This document shows, piece after piece, positions 7,089 through 15,556 of a stretch of 22,932 nt of DNA. The first letter of the stretch is position 1, and the number at the start of each line of letters is the position of its first letter. The translations under genes and the position numbers were made by a program. The stretch covers positions 1 to 22,932 of the forward strand of contig JBDRLB010000065.1 in the NCBI GenBank assembly GCA_043813365.1. The letters run 5' to 3'. The notes beneath the pieces were generated by a model. It was not told the origin of the DNA, did not search any database, and saw nothing but the letters and a program-made list of their open reading frames with translations. The DNA is from Candidatus Micrarchaeota archaeon (GTDB lineage Archaea; Micrarchaeota; Micrarchaeia; Norongarragalinales; SBBD01).

Positions 7089-7505
7089 TCAGCCCATCCT
7101 CATGTGCCTGTCCTGCAGGATCACTTCGAAGTACTTGTCCGCACCATCCTGCCCAACAAGGTATGAATTGATTACTGTGAGATTCGGGAACCTCCTTTTC
7201 ACTTTCGCCTCGCAATAAGCTTGCAGCGAAAGCCCCGGGTTGACGAATTTCCGGTTCCTGCCGGGCTTCCTTCCCTGGTCGGGCTTGCCGCGCGAGCGCT
7301 TCCCCCTCTTGATCCTCACCCTGGCAATTACGAAATCCTTCCTTGCCTTGTACCCCAAAGCCCTTGCCCTTCCGGGATTTGTTGGCTTTTCCGCACGCTC
7401 GACAGTTTTTTCCTTCCTGAATTTCTGCAGCCTGCTCCTGAAAGAATCAGTCCTTTCCGCAAAGCTCTTTTCAAACGCTGCCTGAATGTACTTGTATGCT
7501 CCCAT
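7089..7505 (-). CDS. rpl15e: 50S ribosomal protein eL15 (C-terminally short)
   Basis: MGAYKY...PTNPGRARALGYKA...NSYLVGQDGADKYFEVIL; ATG 7505 preferred over GTG 7514. Confidence 0.97.
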   Translation of the reverse strand: MGAYKYIQAAFEKSFAERTDSFRSRLQKFRKEKTVERAEKPTNPGRARALGYKARKDFVIARVRIKRGKRSRGKPDQGRKPGRNRKFVNPGLSLQAYCEAKVKRRFPNLTVINSYLVGQDGADKYFEVILQDRHMRMG

Positions 7506-7712
7506 CTGTTCCACCTTTATTCCGGGCCTTCCGCAAGCGGAAAGTGATCCGACATATGTATTGGTTCAGTTTTTGTGCGAGTTCTGATTTTTAAGCATTT
7601 GGATGCTGAAGCGGAGAGGGATTCTGCCGAGCGGTCCCTGGAATTAATGCAAACTTCATATTGGGCAATATGTTTTTATACATTCCGAGAGTTATTTGCC
7701 AACATGGGAGAA

Positions 7713-8114
7713 ATGCCGTTTATAGCGATAAGTGTATTTGCGCTCCTAATTGTGGGAATCGTAATCGCCTACTTCGCATACAAGAAAAAGAGGGAAGCGT
7801 TCGAAAAGACGGGGAAGCACCCGAAAGGGCACTACCTAGGGCTCGGGATGGGATTGGGGATGGTCATTTTCACCCCGATTGGAATAGCGCTCTCAATCAC
7901 CACTGGCAATCCTGGCCTGATGGGTGTCGGGCCGGCAATTGGGCTCTCTATTGGCTTGGCCATCGGGTCCGCATTGGAAAAGAAGCATGAGAACGAGCTC
8001 CGCCCGCTCACCCCCGAGGAGGAGAAGTTCAAGAGCATCGGCATGAAGTTTGCGATCATATTGCTCGTGCTGGGAGCCGTTGCAGCGGTGGCGTTATTTT
8101 TTTTCAGGCCATAG
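7713..8114 (+). CDS. Hypothetical Gly-rich membrane protein (about 4 TM)
   Basis: GLGMGLGM and GPAIGLSIGLAIG glycine zippers; TATA-like TTTTATAC at about 7674 favours a start at 7704 or 7713 rather than 7575. Confidence 0.8.
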   Translation: MPFIAISVFALLIVGIVIAYFAYKKKREAFEKTGKHPKGHYLGLGMGLGMVIFTPIGIALSITTGNPGLMGVGPAIGLSIGLAIGSALEKKHENELRPLTPEEEKFKSIGMKFAIILLVLGAVAAVALFFFRP

Positions 8115-8258
8115 TTAATTTGCCGGATTAAGCCGATTCCTGTGGAAGGAAGCGCACTTTTTTCACCAATTCCCAAGAATACTGGCATATCCGTGCCAAG
8201 GAATAGGATTAAATAAGGGGCAAACTTTTACTTTATGGTTAAAACAGCTGGTGATAGC

Positions 8259-8738
8259 ATGGCAAAAAATGAGACGTTCTGGGGGCAGATAGACCCATTC
8301 CTGGTTTCGATTGTGCTGATCCTGATAAGTGCGATCTACGCGCTTCCCAAGGTTTTCATGTCAGTAGATTATTCCCTGGTGCAGTACGGATTTTATGCGG
8401 CCGCGTCTTTCCTCATACTATTCGATGCATATGCGAGGGGGATGCTCAAGTTCCCCGAAGTATTATTCAAGGGGCCGCTGTCATGGCCGCTTGTTATAAT
8501 CACCGGATTATCCATGTTCGTGGCATTATGGCTTGCCATTCCCTACCTGCTATACGTAATCCTTACTGATCTGCTTGGAATGAGCCTCGATTTCGGCTCC
8601 TCTACGCTGTTCCTCGCGATCGTGAGCTTCGTTGCTGTCATCTGGTACGCTAGCACGCTCATGAATGCACTTGAATTTGCAAAGAAGGGCATGAAACCCT
8701 CCGCTCCCGTTGCGCAGAAGGCCGGAAAAAGGAAATAA
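8259..8738 (+). CDS. Hypothetical integral membrane protein (4-5 TM)
   Basis: Hydrophobic ORF; GGTGA SD precedes ATG 8259 (alternative start 8235). Confidence 0.8.
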   Translation: MAKNETFWGQIDPFLVSIVLILISAIYALPKVFMSVDYSLVQYGFYAAASFLILFDAYARGMLKFPEVLFKGPLSWPLVIITGLSMFVALWLAIPYLLYVILTDLLGMSLDFGSSTLFLAIVSFVAVIWYASTLMNALEFAKKGMKPSAPVAQKAGKRK

Positions 8739-8880
8739 TAAGAAGGCTTATAAATTCAAAGCTGCAGAACAATTGACGCATGGGGAGTTAGTGCTTCGCG
8801 CACTAGGGAACCATCTCGTTCTGAGAGCGTTTTTTCCCAATGTTCAACAGTAGCGATATCGTTATCTGGTGGTGTTCAAT

Positions 8881-9189
8881 ATGGATCTCAACAAGGCCAT
8901 CCGTTTGGTGGTAGATACCGGAAAGGTGGAGCTGGGCGGGGACAAGGCAAGGAAGATAGCGTTGCTCGGAGGCGCCAAACTAATCGTTTTGGCAAGCAAC
9001 CTGCCTAAAGGCTCTTCGAGGGACCTGGAGCATTATGCGAAGCTCTCGGGCATACCCGTGCTGGAGTTCGGCGGGACAAGCCTGGAGCTTGGCACCGTCT
9101 GCGGGAAGCCGTTCCCCGTGTCGGCACTTACCATCATTGAGGAGGGGAACTCCCAGATATTGAAGGCAATAAACAAGGAGAAGAATTAG
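8881..9189 (+). CDS. rpl30e: 50S ribosomal protein eL30
   Basis: MDLNKAIRLVVDTGKVELG...SLELGTVCGKPFPVS. Confidence 0.97.
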   Translation: MDLNKAIRLVVDTGKVELGGDKARKIALLGGAKLIVLASNLPKGSSRDLEHYAKLSGIPVLEFGGTSLELGTVCGKPFPVSALTIIEEGNSQILKAINKEKN

Positions 9190-9633
9190 ATGCAGAAGCT
9201 TTCGATGGATGATTTGCAATTGATGAACGCGCTCGAGCGCATTACCGGCGCGAGGGCGAACGATGTCATCGTGGATGGTGATTCGCTCATATATGCGGTT
9301 CCCGATTCGGAGTTCGGGCGGGCAATTGGGAAGCACGGGGCGAATATCGAGAGGCTCCAGCACGCCCTCAACAAGGAAGTTGAAATAGTCAAGAGCCCGA
9401 CGAGCAAGGAGCAGTTTTTCGGCTCGCTGCTGCATCCGGCAATTCCGAAGGAATTTGTGGAGAAGGATGATGCCGGAAGGCGGTCTCTGGAAATATTGGT
9501 GGACAACAAGGACCGGGGTTTTGCAATCGGCAGGAACGGCGAGAAAATCAAGCGCGCGAAGCTGCTGGGGAAGAGGTATTTCGATTATTGCGACGTGAAG
9601 ATCATCACGCGTTTCGATACGGGCAGGATTTGA
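9190..9633 (+). CDS. nusA: Archaeal NusA (two KH domains)
   Basis: AIGKHGANI and AIGRNGEKIKR KH motifs; lies between rpl30e and rps12. Confidence 0.95.
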   Translation: MQKLSMDDLQLMNALERITGARANDVIVDGDSLIYAVPDSEFGRAIGKHGANIERLQHALNKEVEIVKSPTSKEQFFGSLLHPAIPKEFVEKDDAGRRSLEILVDNKDRGFAIGRNGEKIKRAKLLGKRYFDYCDVKIITRFDTGRI

Positions 9634-9663
9634 TCTGTTGTGGATTTTTCGGGTGAAAGTCAT

Positions 9664-10092
9664 ATGGCACGCGGTTTGTTTGCAGGAAGAAAATTGAAGC
9701 GGGACAGGCAGAGGAAGCGCTGGCTGAAAAAGCCCTGGAAGAGGAAGGCGCTCGGGTTGAAGGAAAAATACGATCCGCTGGAAGGCGCGCCGCTAGCAAA
9801 AGGGATAGTGCTGAAGAAGGAAGGTGCGGAGCAGAAGCGGCCGCACTCCGGGATCATCAAGATAGTCCGCGTGCAGCTCATAAAAAACGGCAAGAAGGTA
9901 GGCGCGCATGCGCCTCGCGACAAGGCAATCACGTTCATTGATGAGCACGACGAAGTCACAATTGCGGGGCTCGGAGGCTCCCAAAGGGGGCAGATGGGCT
10001 CCATCCCCGGCATCCGTTACAAGGTGGTTGCTGTCAACGGAGTGGATCTGAGGCAATTGAGATTGAAGAAGAAGGAGAAGCCAAAGAGGTAA
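9664..10092 (+). CDS. rps12: 30S ribosomal protein uS12
   Basis: [11 protein letters not shown]...[12 protein letters not shown]...IDEHDEV...IPGIRYKV. Confidence 0.98.
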   Translation: MARGLFAGRKLKRDRQRKRWLKKPWKRKALGLKEKYDPLEGAPLAKGIVLKKEGAEQKRPHSGIIKIVRVQLIKNGKKVGAHAPRDKAITFIDEHDEVTIAGLGGSQRGQMGSIPGIRYKVVAVNGVDLRQLRLKKKEKPKR

Positions 10093-10115
10093 ATCGTTAG
10101 GTTGGTGATGATATT

Positions 10116-10721
10116 ATGGAGACAAAATTATTCGGGCTTTACGGCTATGACAACATCGAGATCAAGGACATGTCTCTGGCGAAATATATTTCGCTCAAGC
10201 CCCTGATCTACCCGCACTCGTTTGCGAAGCATGCAAACAAGCAGTTCGCGAAGGCGAAGGTGAACATCGTGGAGCGCCTCATAAACAAGATGCTCCGCGG
10301 AGGCACCGGGGAGAAGATGGGCGGCAAGATCATCCGCACTCACGGAAAGCTGCAGGGGAAGAAGACGAAGGCAATCAAGATGGTCATGCATGCGTTCGAG
10401 ATCGTGCAGCAGCGGACAAAGCAAAACCCCATCCAGGTCTTGATCCGCGCGCTCGAGAATTCGGCTCCCCGTGAGGACACCACGAGAGTCAGGTTCGGTG
10501 GCATGAGCTACCAGGTTGCTGTTGACATTTCACCCCAGAGAAGGCTTGACATGGCACTTAGGAATATCGTCCTTGCTGCGATTTCATCCGCATTTGATAA
10601 GAAGCTCACTTTGGAGGAAGCGCTCGTGAATGAAATTGTGCTAGCTGCAAACAACGATCCCATGAGCTTCTCCGTGAAGCGGAAGAACGAAGTGGAGCGC
10701 ATTGCGAGATCTGCAAGGTAA
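10116..10721 (+). CDS. rps7: 30S ribosomal protein uS7
   Basis: NPIQVLIRALENSAPREDTTR...VDISPQRRLD...ERIARSAR. Confidence 0.98.
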   Translation: METKLFGLYGYDNIEIKDMSLAKYISLKPLIYPHSFAKHANKQFAKAKVNIVERLINKMLRGGTGEKMGGKIIRTHGKLQGKKTKAIKMVMHAFEIVQQRTKQNPIQVLIRALENSAPREDTTRVRFGGMSYQVAVDISPQRRLDMALRNIVLAAISSAFDKKLTLEEALVNEIVLAANNDPMSFSVKRKNEVERIARSAR

Positions 10722-10729
10722 GCGGATCC

Positions 10730-10746
10730 TTTTTTATTTATTTTTT
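10730..10746 (+). terminator. Oligo-T terminator after rps7
   Basis: T-rich run 8 nt after the stop codon. Confidence 0.6.
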
Positions 10747-10838
10747 CAAAGAACTAGCTTTAGCCCTTTAAAGAATCAACCTCCTGTTTATTTTTTTTCT
10801 ACCAAGCCTATTTCTACTCCGGGCTGCAGCTTTACTGC

Positions 10839-11255
10839 ATGAGAGTCTATTTGGATACATCCGTTTATGATGCGGCGTGGCTACTCGAAGAACGGGAAGG
10901 AAAGCTGATTTTTCCCGAGTTCTCAAAATTCGTCGAGGCGGCGGCAGGGTGCATGCATACGATAATCGTAAACGTATATCTTGAAAGCGAATTGCTACGA
11001 AAATACCCAAATTTGGCCGGAACCTGGGAATACTTTTTAAAAGAATGCAAAAGCAAGGCGCTATTCGTAGAAATTGATGATGACATCAAATCCAAGGCCC
11101 GGTCATTGGTGGTGGAAGGGGTCACCCATCATCCCGACTCTATCCATCTTACAACAGCGATAAAATATGCGGATGCGTTTGTTACCTATGATCGTGAATT
11201 AGCCAATGCTGCTTCAAGGCTGATTGCGGTTAAACGGCTGAGTGAGCTGATTTGA
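10839..11255 (+). CDS. PIN-domain (VapC-like) ribonuclease
   Basis: VYLDTSV...E...PDSIHL...FVTYDREL acidic PIN motifs. Confidence 0.9.
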   Translation: MRVYLDTSVYDAAWLLEEREGKLIFPEFSKFVEAAAGCMHTIIVNVYLESELLRKYPNLAGTWEYFLKECKSKALFVEIDDDIKSKARSLVVEGVTHHPDSIHLTTAIKYADAFVTYDRELANAASRLIAVKRLSELI

Positions 11256-11257
11256 CT

Positions 11258-11536
11258 TCAAACTTTTCCATAAAGCCCCATTGCCTTGTCCATATCGCCA
11301 TCGGCTGCTTTAAGGGCTTTTTCCCAGAGCACCTCCCTGATTTCCCTCGTATCCTTCACCGCCTGATTGATGACTGCCTTTTTCTTGAGCTCCAAAACCA
11401 TGATCTTCACTGCGTCCCTTACAGCTTCGCTCCTGCTCCTGAAATAGCCCTTCTTCACGAATTCATCCAGATCCTCCACAAACTTCCTCCCTATCTTGAT
11501 CGGCGGAAGCACTACGGTATTGTTCATTTCCCTCAC
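11258..11536 (-). CDS. Ribbon-helix-helix (CopG/Arc/MetJ) protein, antitoxin-like
   Basis: IKIGRKFVEDLDEFVKKGYFRSRSEAVRDAV. Confidence 0.9.
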   Translation of the reverse strand: MREMNNTVVLPPIKIGRKFVEDLDEFVKKGYFRSRSEAVRDAVKIMVLELKKKAVINQAVKDTREIREVLWEKALKAADGDMDKAMGLYGKV

Positions 11537-11543
11537 AGCAATG

Positions 11544-11563
11544 TTATATGCAATTGCATATAA
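11544..11563. promoter_or_regulatory. Perfect 20-bp palindrome overlapping the RHH gene TATA box (putative operator)
   Basis: TTATATGCAATTGCATATAA is its own reverse complement. Confidence 0.7.
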
Positions 11564-11650
11564 AAGGATTTTGGTACGTTTGTAAACAAGATTACGCCTT
11601 GGCCGAGCAGGGGGGCCTCAAGCACTGCGCCCGGGAAAAAGTCATACCTG

Positions 11651-11693
11651 ATTGGTACCAATTAGCTACAAATTAGGTACAGATTGGTAACAA
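11651..11693. repeat. Four degenerate 10-11 bp tandem repeats
   Basis: ATTGGTACCA / ATTAGCTACAA / ATTAGGTACAG / ATTGGTAACAA. Confidence 0.6.
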
Positions 11694-11778
11694 ACCTTTT
11701 TCGATCATTTCGATAAAACGGTGCATTTACTATCTTAAAGTAGGGTTTTAATACCGATCCTCAGTTAGTATTTAGTGA

Positions 11779-12732
11779 TTGATTGTGCGATCCATTATTC
11801 TCGTAATCCTGCTGTTTTCGATTATCGGAATCGTTCATTCCACATCAATATCATTGCCTTCAGTAAGTATTAGGTGCACTTTAAACGCAAATGAAATACC
11901 TAGAGAAGTCTGCCTAAATTCTGCTTGCTCAAAAAAATTACTTGATTCGCAATATATTGAAGAAAATGGGGTCGGAACATATTCTGGCTTTTCTGTAAAC
12001 ACCGATTATCGCGGATTATTGTCAATTAGGTTAGGTTGGGATTATGGCGCTTATCCAAATAGAAACAAAACCGATAAAGTAGTTCTTGAAACAGCGGCTT
12101 CAGTTGCCAAACAGCTTTGCAAGGAAGATTTTTCTTCGATAGAAAACGAATATGTTAAACAAGCTGATGATCGGGTAAACCTTAAATCGGGAAGAATTGG
12201 AAATCTCGTTGTTGAACCATCTGCTGTTTCTACTGAAAAATCTCAAGAGAAAGAATATGGGAAATGCATATATTCCGAAGTTAAAAATGTCGGTTTTTGG
12301 ACTATTCTTACTGAAAAATATCGGGATTATTGTACCGAATCGTTTACTTTAACCTGGGACTCAGTTTTTCGCTTATTTCCGTTTGCAATCCTTGGAATAT
12401 CTATTCCGAAATTGGCACTTTTCTTCATTTCAAATCCAGATCCCAAAATATTTGTCGATTTCTTACTAAATATTTTGATCTTTATTGCCGTCTGGGGGTC
12501 GTTCTATTACCTTCATAAAAAGAATGCTCTTTGGATTGCTTTCAAACCCAATAAAACAAATGTGGGTTCGATGATCGGCGTATTTATTCTAATATTGATT
12601 TTGGTAGTCATTCTATTCAGAATAATTGTATTCGAATTGTTGAATTTTCCGCTTTATGCTTATTTCATTGGTAGTATTTTCAACTATCTCAAATTTGCCG
12701 ATCAGGAATACAAAAAAAGGATTCTAAACTAA
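11779..12732 (+). CDS. Hypothetical exported/membrane protein
   Basis: Signal peptide, six-Cys soluble domain, about 4 C-terminal TM helices; AT-rich. Confidence 0.75.
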   Translation: MIVRSIILVILLFSIIGIVHSTSISLPSVSIRCTLNANEIPREVCLNSACSKKLLDSQYIEENGVGTYSGFSVNTDYRGLLSIRLGWDYGAYPNRNKTDKVVLETAASVAKQLCKEDFSSIENEYVKQADDRVNLKSGRIGNLVVEPSAVSTEKSQEKEYGKCIYSEVKNVGFWTILTEKYRDYCTESFTLTWDSVFRLFPFAILGISIPKLALFFISNPDPKIFVDFLLNILIFIAVWGSFYYLHKKNALWIAFKPNKTNVGSMIGVFILILILVVILFRIIVFELLNFPLYAYFIGSIFNYLKFADQEYKKRILN

Positions 12733-12746
12733 AGAGGAAAGTATTT

Positions 12747-12875
12747 CTATTTCCTCCTCCTCTTCAACTCCCCCAGCACTTTCTGCAAATCAATCCCCCT
12801 ATTCTCCAGCCCAACCATCATGAAAAACAGCAGATCCGCCGCTTCCCAAACGACCTCTTTATCCGGTTTCTTTAA
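12747..12875 (-). pseudogene. hisE: C-terminal remnant of HisE (phosphoribosyl-ATP pyrophosphatase, MazG-like)
   Basis: Manual translation LKKPDKEVVWEAADLLFFMMVGLENRGIDLQKVLGELKRRRK*; no N-terminal half. Confidence 0.75.
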
Positions 12876-14309
12876 TCAGCACAACAAAAGGAAATACCAT
12901 AAGGGAATGTTGATAATCTTATCATTATATGAGAGCTTGTTTTTCGTAATCACCATTCCAAACGGGCTGGAATTTTCAGCAACAAAATCTGAGCAACACT
13001 TCGAATCCTCGGAGACAATATCATTCTTGAATTTTACCTCTATGGGAATTGCCTTCTTTCCATGCACGATGATATTGTCAATTTCCTTGCCGTTCTTCCA
13101 ATAGTAGCATTTCGGATTGTACGAGTCGAGATGGAAAGCAAGCCTAACTAAGTGGTCATGTGCGACAGTTTCCGCCATCAAGCCAACATCCCCGCTATCC
13201 TGCAAAGCGTTTCTAGAATAGGTTCCATTCAGGACGTTCCGGATTCCTGTATCGCAAATGTAGACTTTTTTTGGATTACGAAGCTGCTTTGATCGGTTTT
13301 TTGAATATATTTCCGAACGCCTTGCAAGAAATACCAATTCAAGGTAATCCAGGTATTCGCCGATGGTCTCCTGCTTCATTTTGAGCTTTGAAGATGCGCT
13401 GGTTTCAGAAAACAACTCGGAAGAGTGGTTGCCCAAATACAATAAAAGATCCTCCATTGCTTTCGGATTCCTTATTCCGAATACCTTGACAATATCCTTG
13501 TAGATCACAAGCTGCATAAGGTCTTGAAGATACTTGGCGCACCATGCGTAGTCATCCTTATCGATAAGCTCGATATAACCGCCCTTGATCATATATTCAA
13601 AAAGGAGGCGCTCGATATGTGCCTGCTTAGGGACGGCTTTTGATAGATTGCTATTCAGGCTTTTCATAAACACGGATGCATCGCTTGTTTCAATTGCCAA
13701 TTTAAGGCTTTCCCGAAGCCTGAAGCTGACATCTTCAAGTTCGCCATCAAGTCCCTTGAATTTAAGGTAATCTATGAATTTCAAGGGCATAACCAAATTT
13801 AGCGAAATCCTGCCGGCAAGCGATTCCGAGCTGCCTTTCGTGATTCCTGCGGCGGAAGATCCGCTCACAATAAACTTAATCTTATACTCTCGGTCATAAT
13901 AGCTTTTCAGCGTCTCGTTCCATTTGTCGACATGCTGGATTTCATCCAAAAAAATGTACGCCCTTTTAGATAAAGAGCCCAAATCCGCCTCAAGCACGTA
14001 TTTCGAATATACTTCAATAAGCCTATTGATCAAGAGCCCTTTTTCCGGCTCGAATAGCGGTTCATCTAGGCGTACGAACAGGAGGCTTTTCGGATCAGTT
14101 TTCTCCTCAATCAATTTGGCAATAAGCTGCTGCATCAATACTGATTTTCCTACCCTTCGGGGGCCGACAATAGCGGTAATCTGCTTGTCAGCCAACGCTT
14201 TCCATAAAACGTAGTAATCACGCCTTTTCGTTTCAGGCACATTGCCCTGCTTACCTTCCCACCAGGGGTTTTGCAAATGGAGTACTTTCAAAAGTTCCGC
14301 GTCGTCCAT
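12876..14309 (-). CDS. AAA+ ATPase, AAA_14 plus DUF4143 (COG1373-type)
   Basis: NPWW, Walker A GPRRVGKS, Walker B FLDEIQ, SGSS, LAGR, KKVYICDTG, C-terminal EID...IEVK. Confidence 0.93.
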   Translation of the reverse strand: MDDAELLKVLHLQNPWWEGKQGNVPETKRRDYYVLWKALADKQITAIVGPRRVGKSVLMQQLIAKLIEEKTDPKSLLFVRLDEPLFEPEKGLLINRLIEVYSKYVLEADLGSLSKRAYIFLDEIQHVDKWNETLKSYYDREYKIKFIVSGSSAAGITKGSSESLAGRISLNLVMPLKFIDYLKFKGLDGELEDVSFRLRESLKLAIETSDASVFMKSLNSNLSKAVPKQAHIERLLFEYMIKGGYIELIDKDDYAWCAKYLQDLMQLVIYKDIVKVFGIRNPKAMEDLLLYLGNHSSELFSETSASSKLKMKQETIGEYLDYLELVFLARRSEIYSKNRSKQLRNPKKVYICDTGIRNVLNGTYSRNALQDSGDVGLMAETVAHDHLVRLAFHLDSYNPKCYYWKNGKEIDNIIVHGKKAIPIEVKFKNDIVSEDSKCCSDFVAENSSPFGMVITKNKLSYNDKIINIPLWYFLLLC

Positions 14310-14424
14310 GCAATCCTTTTGGAGATTGCGCTATATAAAGGTTACTCTTTAGGGGGGCAAATAAGCCTACTTTTACCTCTTTATGAAGGGGCAAAGATGG
14401 TTCACGCCTTGGCCGGGAACAGCA

Positions 14425-15045
14425 TTAACTCGCCTGCGCCCTCGTTACATACCTGCCGCGCTTCTCCATCTCCGCAAGCTGCGGCTTGATGTGGATGTAA
14501 TTGGAGCACACTTTGGAGTACCCTTTGATGAACTCCTTAAATTGCGCTTCCGTGACCGCCTTCTTGAAAACCAGCAGGTCTGTCGCCTTGTCCTCGATGG
14601 AGTTCGAGAAATCCGCAAGCCCGAAATCTATCAACGCAATTTCGTCCTTGTCCGTGACCATGATGTTCGCAGTCTGGTAATCCCCGTGGACGATGTTTGC
14701 GTTATGGAGTTTACCAAGTGTTGCCCCTGCTTCGTATAAGTATTTTGCACACTTTCCGCCCATTTTCCCATCCGCCAAGATTTCCCTCAGCTGCTTCCCC
14801 GACATTTTCTGCATGAATATCTCCGCATTCTGCAGATCCGCATCATAAACAAGGGGGCAAAGTATGCCTGCGAGTTTTGCCATGTGGAGCACTTTCCCCT
14901 CCCTCCTGGTACGGAGCGTCCTGATCCTGCTGTCCAGCTGCTCAATGCGGTATTTCTTCTTCACTCTCCTCTTGAGCATCCCCTTCCTGCCATCCCTTTC
15001 AAGCTCGAAAATTTCTGCTTCTGCGCCCTTTGCTGCCATCTTCAT
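14425..15045 (-). CDS. bud32: KEOPS kinase Bud32
   Basis: KGAEAEI, KRRVKKKYR...LD, VHGDYQTANI, IDFGL, EKRGRY; start probably ATG 15045 or 15039. Confidence 0.95.
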   Translation of the reverse strand: MKMAAKGAEAEIFELERDGRKGMLKRRVKKKYRIEQLDSRIRTLRTRREGKVLHMAKLAGILCPLVYDADLQNAEIFMQKMSGKQLREILADGKMGGKCAKYLYEAGATLGKLHNANIVHGDYQTANIMVTDKDEIALIDFGLADFSNSIEDKATDLLVFKKAVTEAQFKEFIKGYSKVCSNYIHIKPQLAEMEKRGRYVTRAQAS

Positions 15046-15053
15046 AAAATCAG

Positions 15054-15485
15054 CTAAATATCCGGTAAAATTTTTATGGTCCATCCGCCGTCCTTCTCTG
15101 TAACCGTTGCCTCGTGGTGCGTCACCGCCTTCACATACATCCTCCCGAATTTATGCACCGCTTTCTGACCGAAAACGGCAACGGAAACATGGTAATTGCC
15201 CTCCTTCCCGCCGAATTTTTTTACTACCAATTTATTGAACATCAGCTCCCCGGCATCCGCTTCTGAAACCACCTGGTTAAGGAGGTATGTAGTGAGCTGC
15301 TCGAGAGTGGGCGCATTTTCAGCGAGCTTGATTATCTTGACCGCCTTCAGCTTCCCCGAATCCGCAATCGTCTCAAACAAACCCGCGGCAACATTCTCGA
15401 GCGCCTCCGGGTAGCTCTTCCCGTACGCCTCTATGAACATATCTGCTTTGTGATCTAGGAATTTGAATTTTGTTTTATTTTCCAT
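15054..15485 (-). CDS. Archease (RtcB tRNA-ligase cofactor)
   Basis: FLDHKAD...AYG...VKAVTHH...ILPDI. Confidence 0.93.
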   Translation of the reverse strand: MENKTKFKFLDHKADMFIEAYGKSYPEALENVAAGLFETIADSGKLKAVKIIKLAENAPTLEQLTTYLLNQVVSEADAGELMFNKLVVKKFGGKEGNYHVSVAVFGQKAVHKFGRMYVKAVTHHEATVTEKDGGWTIKILPDI

Positions 15486-15556
15486 ATGCTTGCATCTGTT
15501 TGATGGTATTATCAACCGCCTTCTAATTTTTTAACTCGCCGGCTTATTATTTATTT

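Noticed and set aside
7575..7703. N-terminal extension of the Gly-rich membrane ORF
   Set aside because: It spans the divergent promoter region; a later start fits the TATA spacing better.
11651..11693. CRISPR-like array
   Set aside because: Units are about 11 bp with no spacers, and no cas genes are present in the window.
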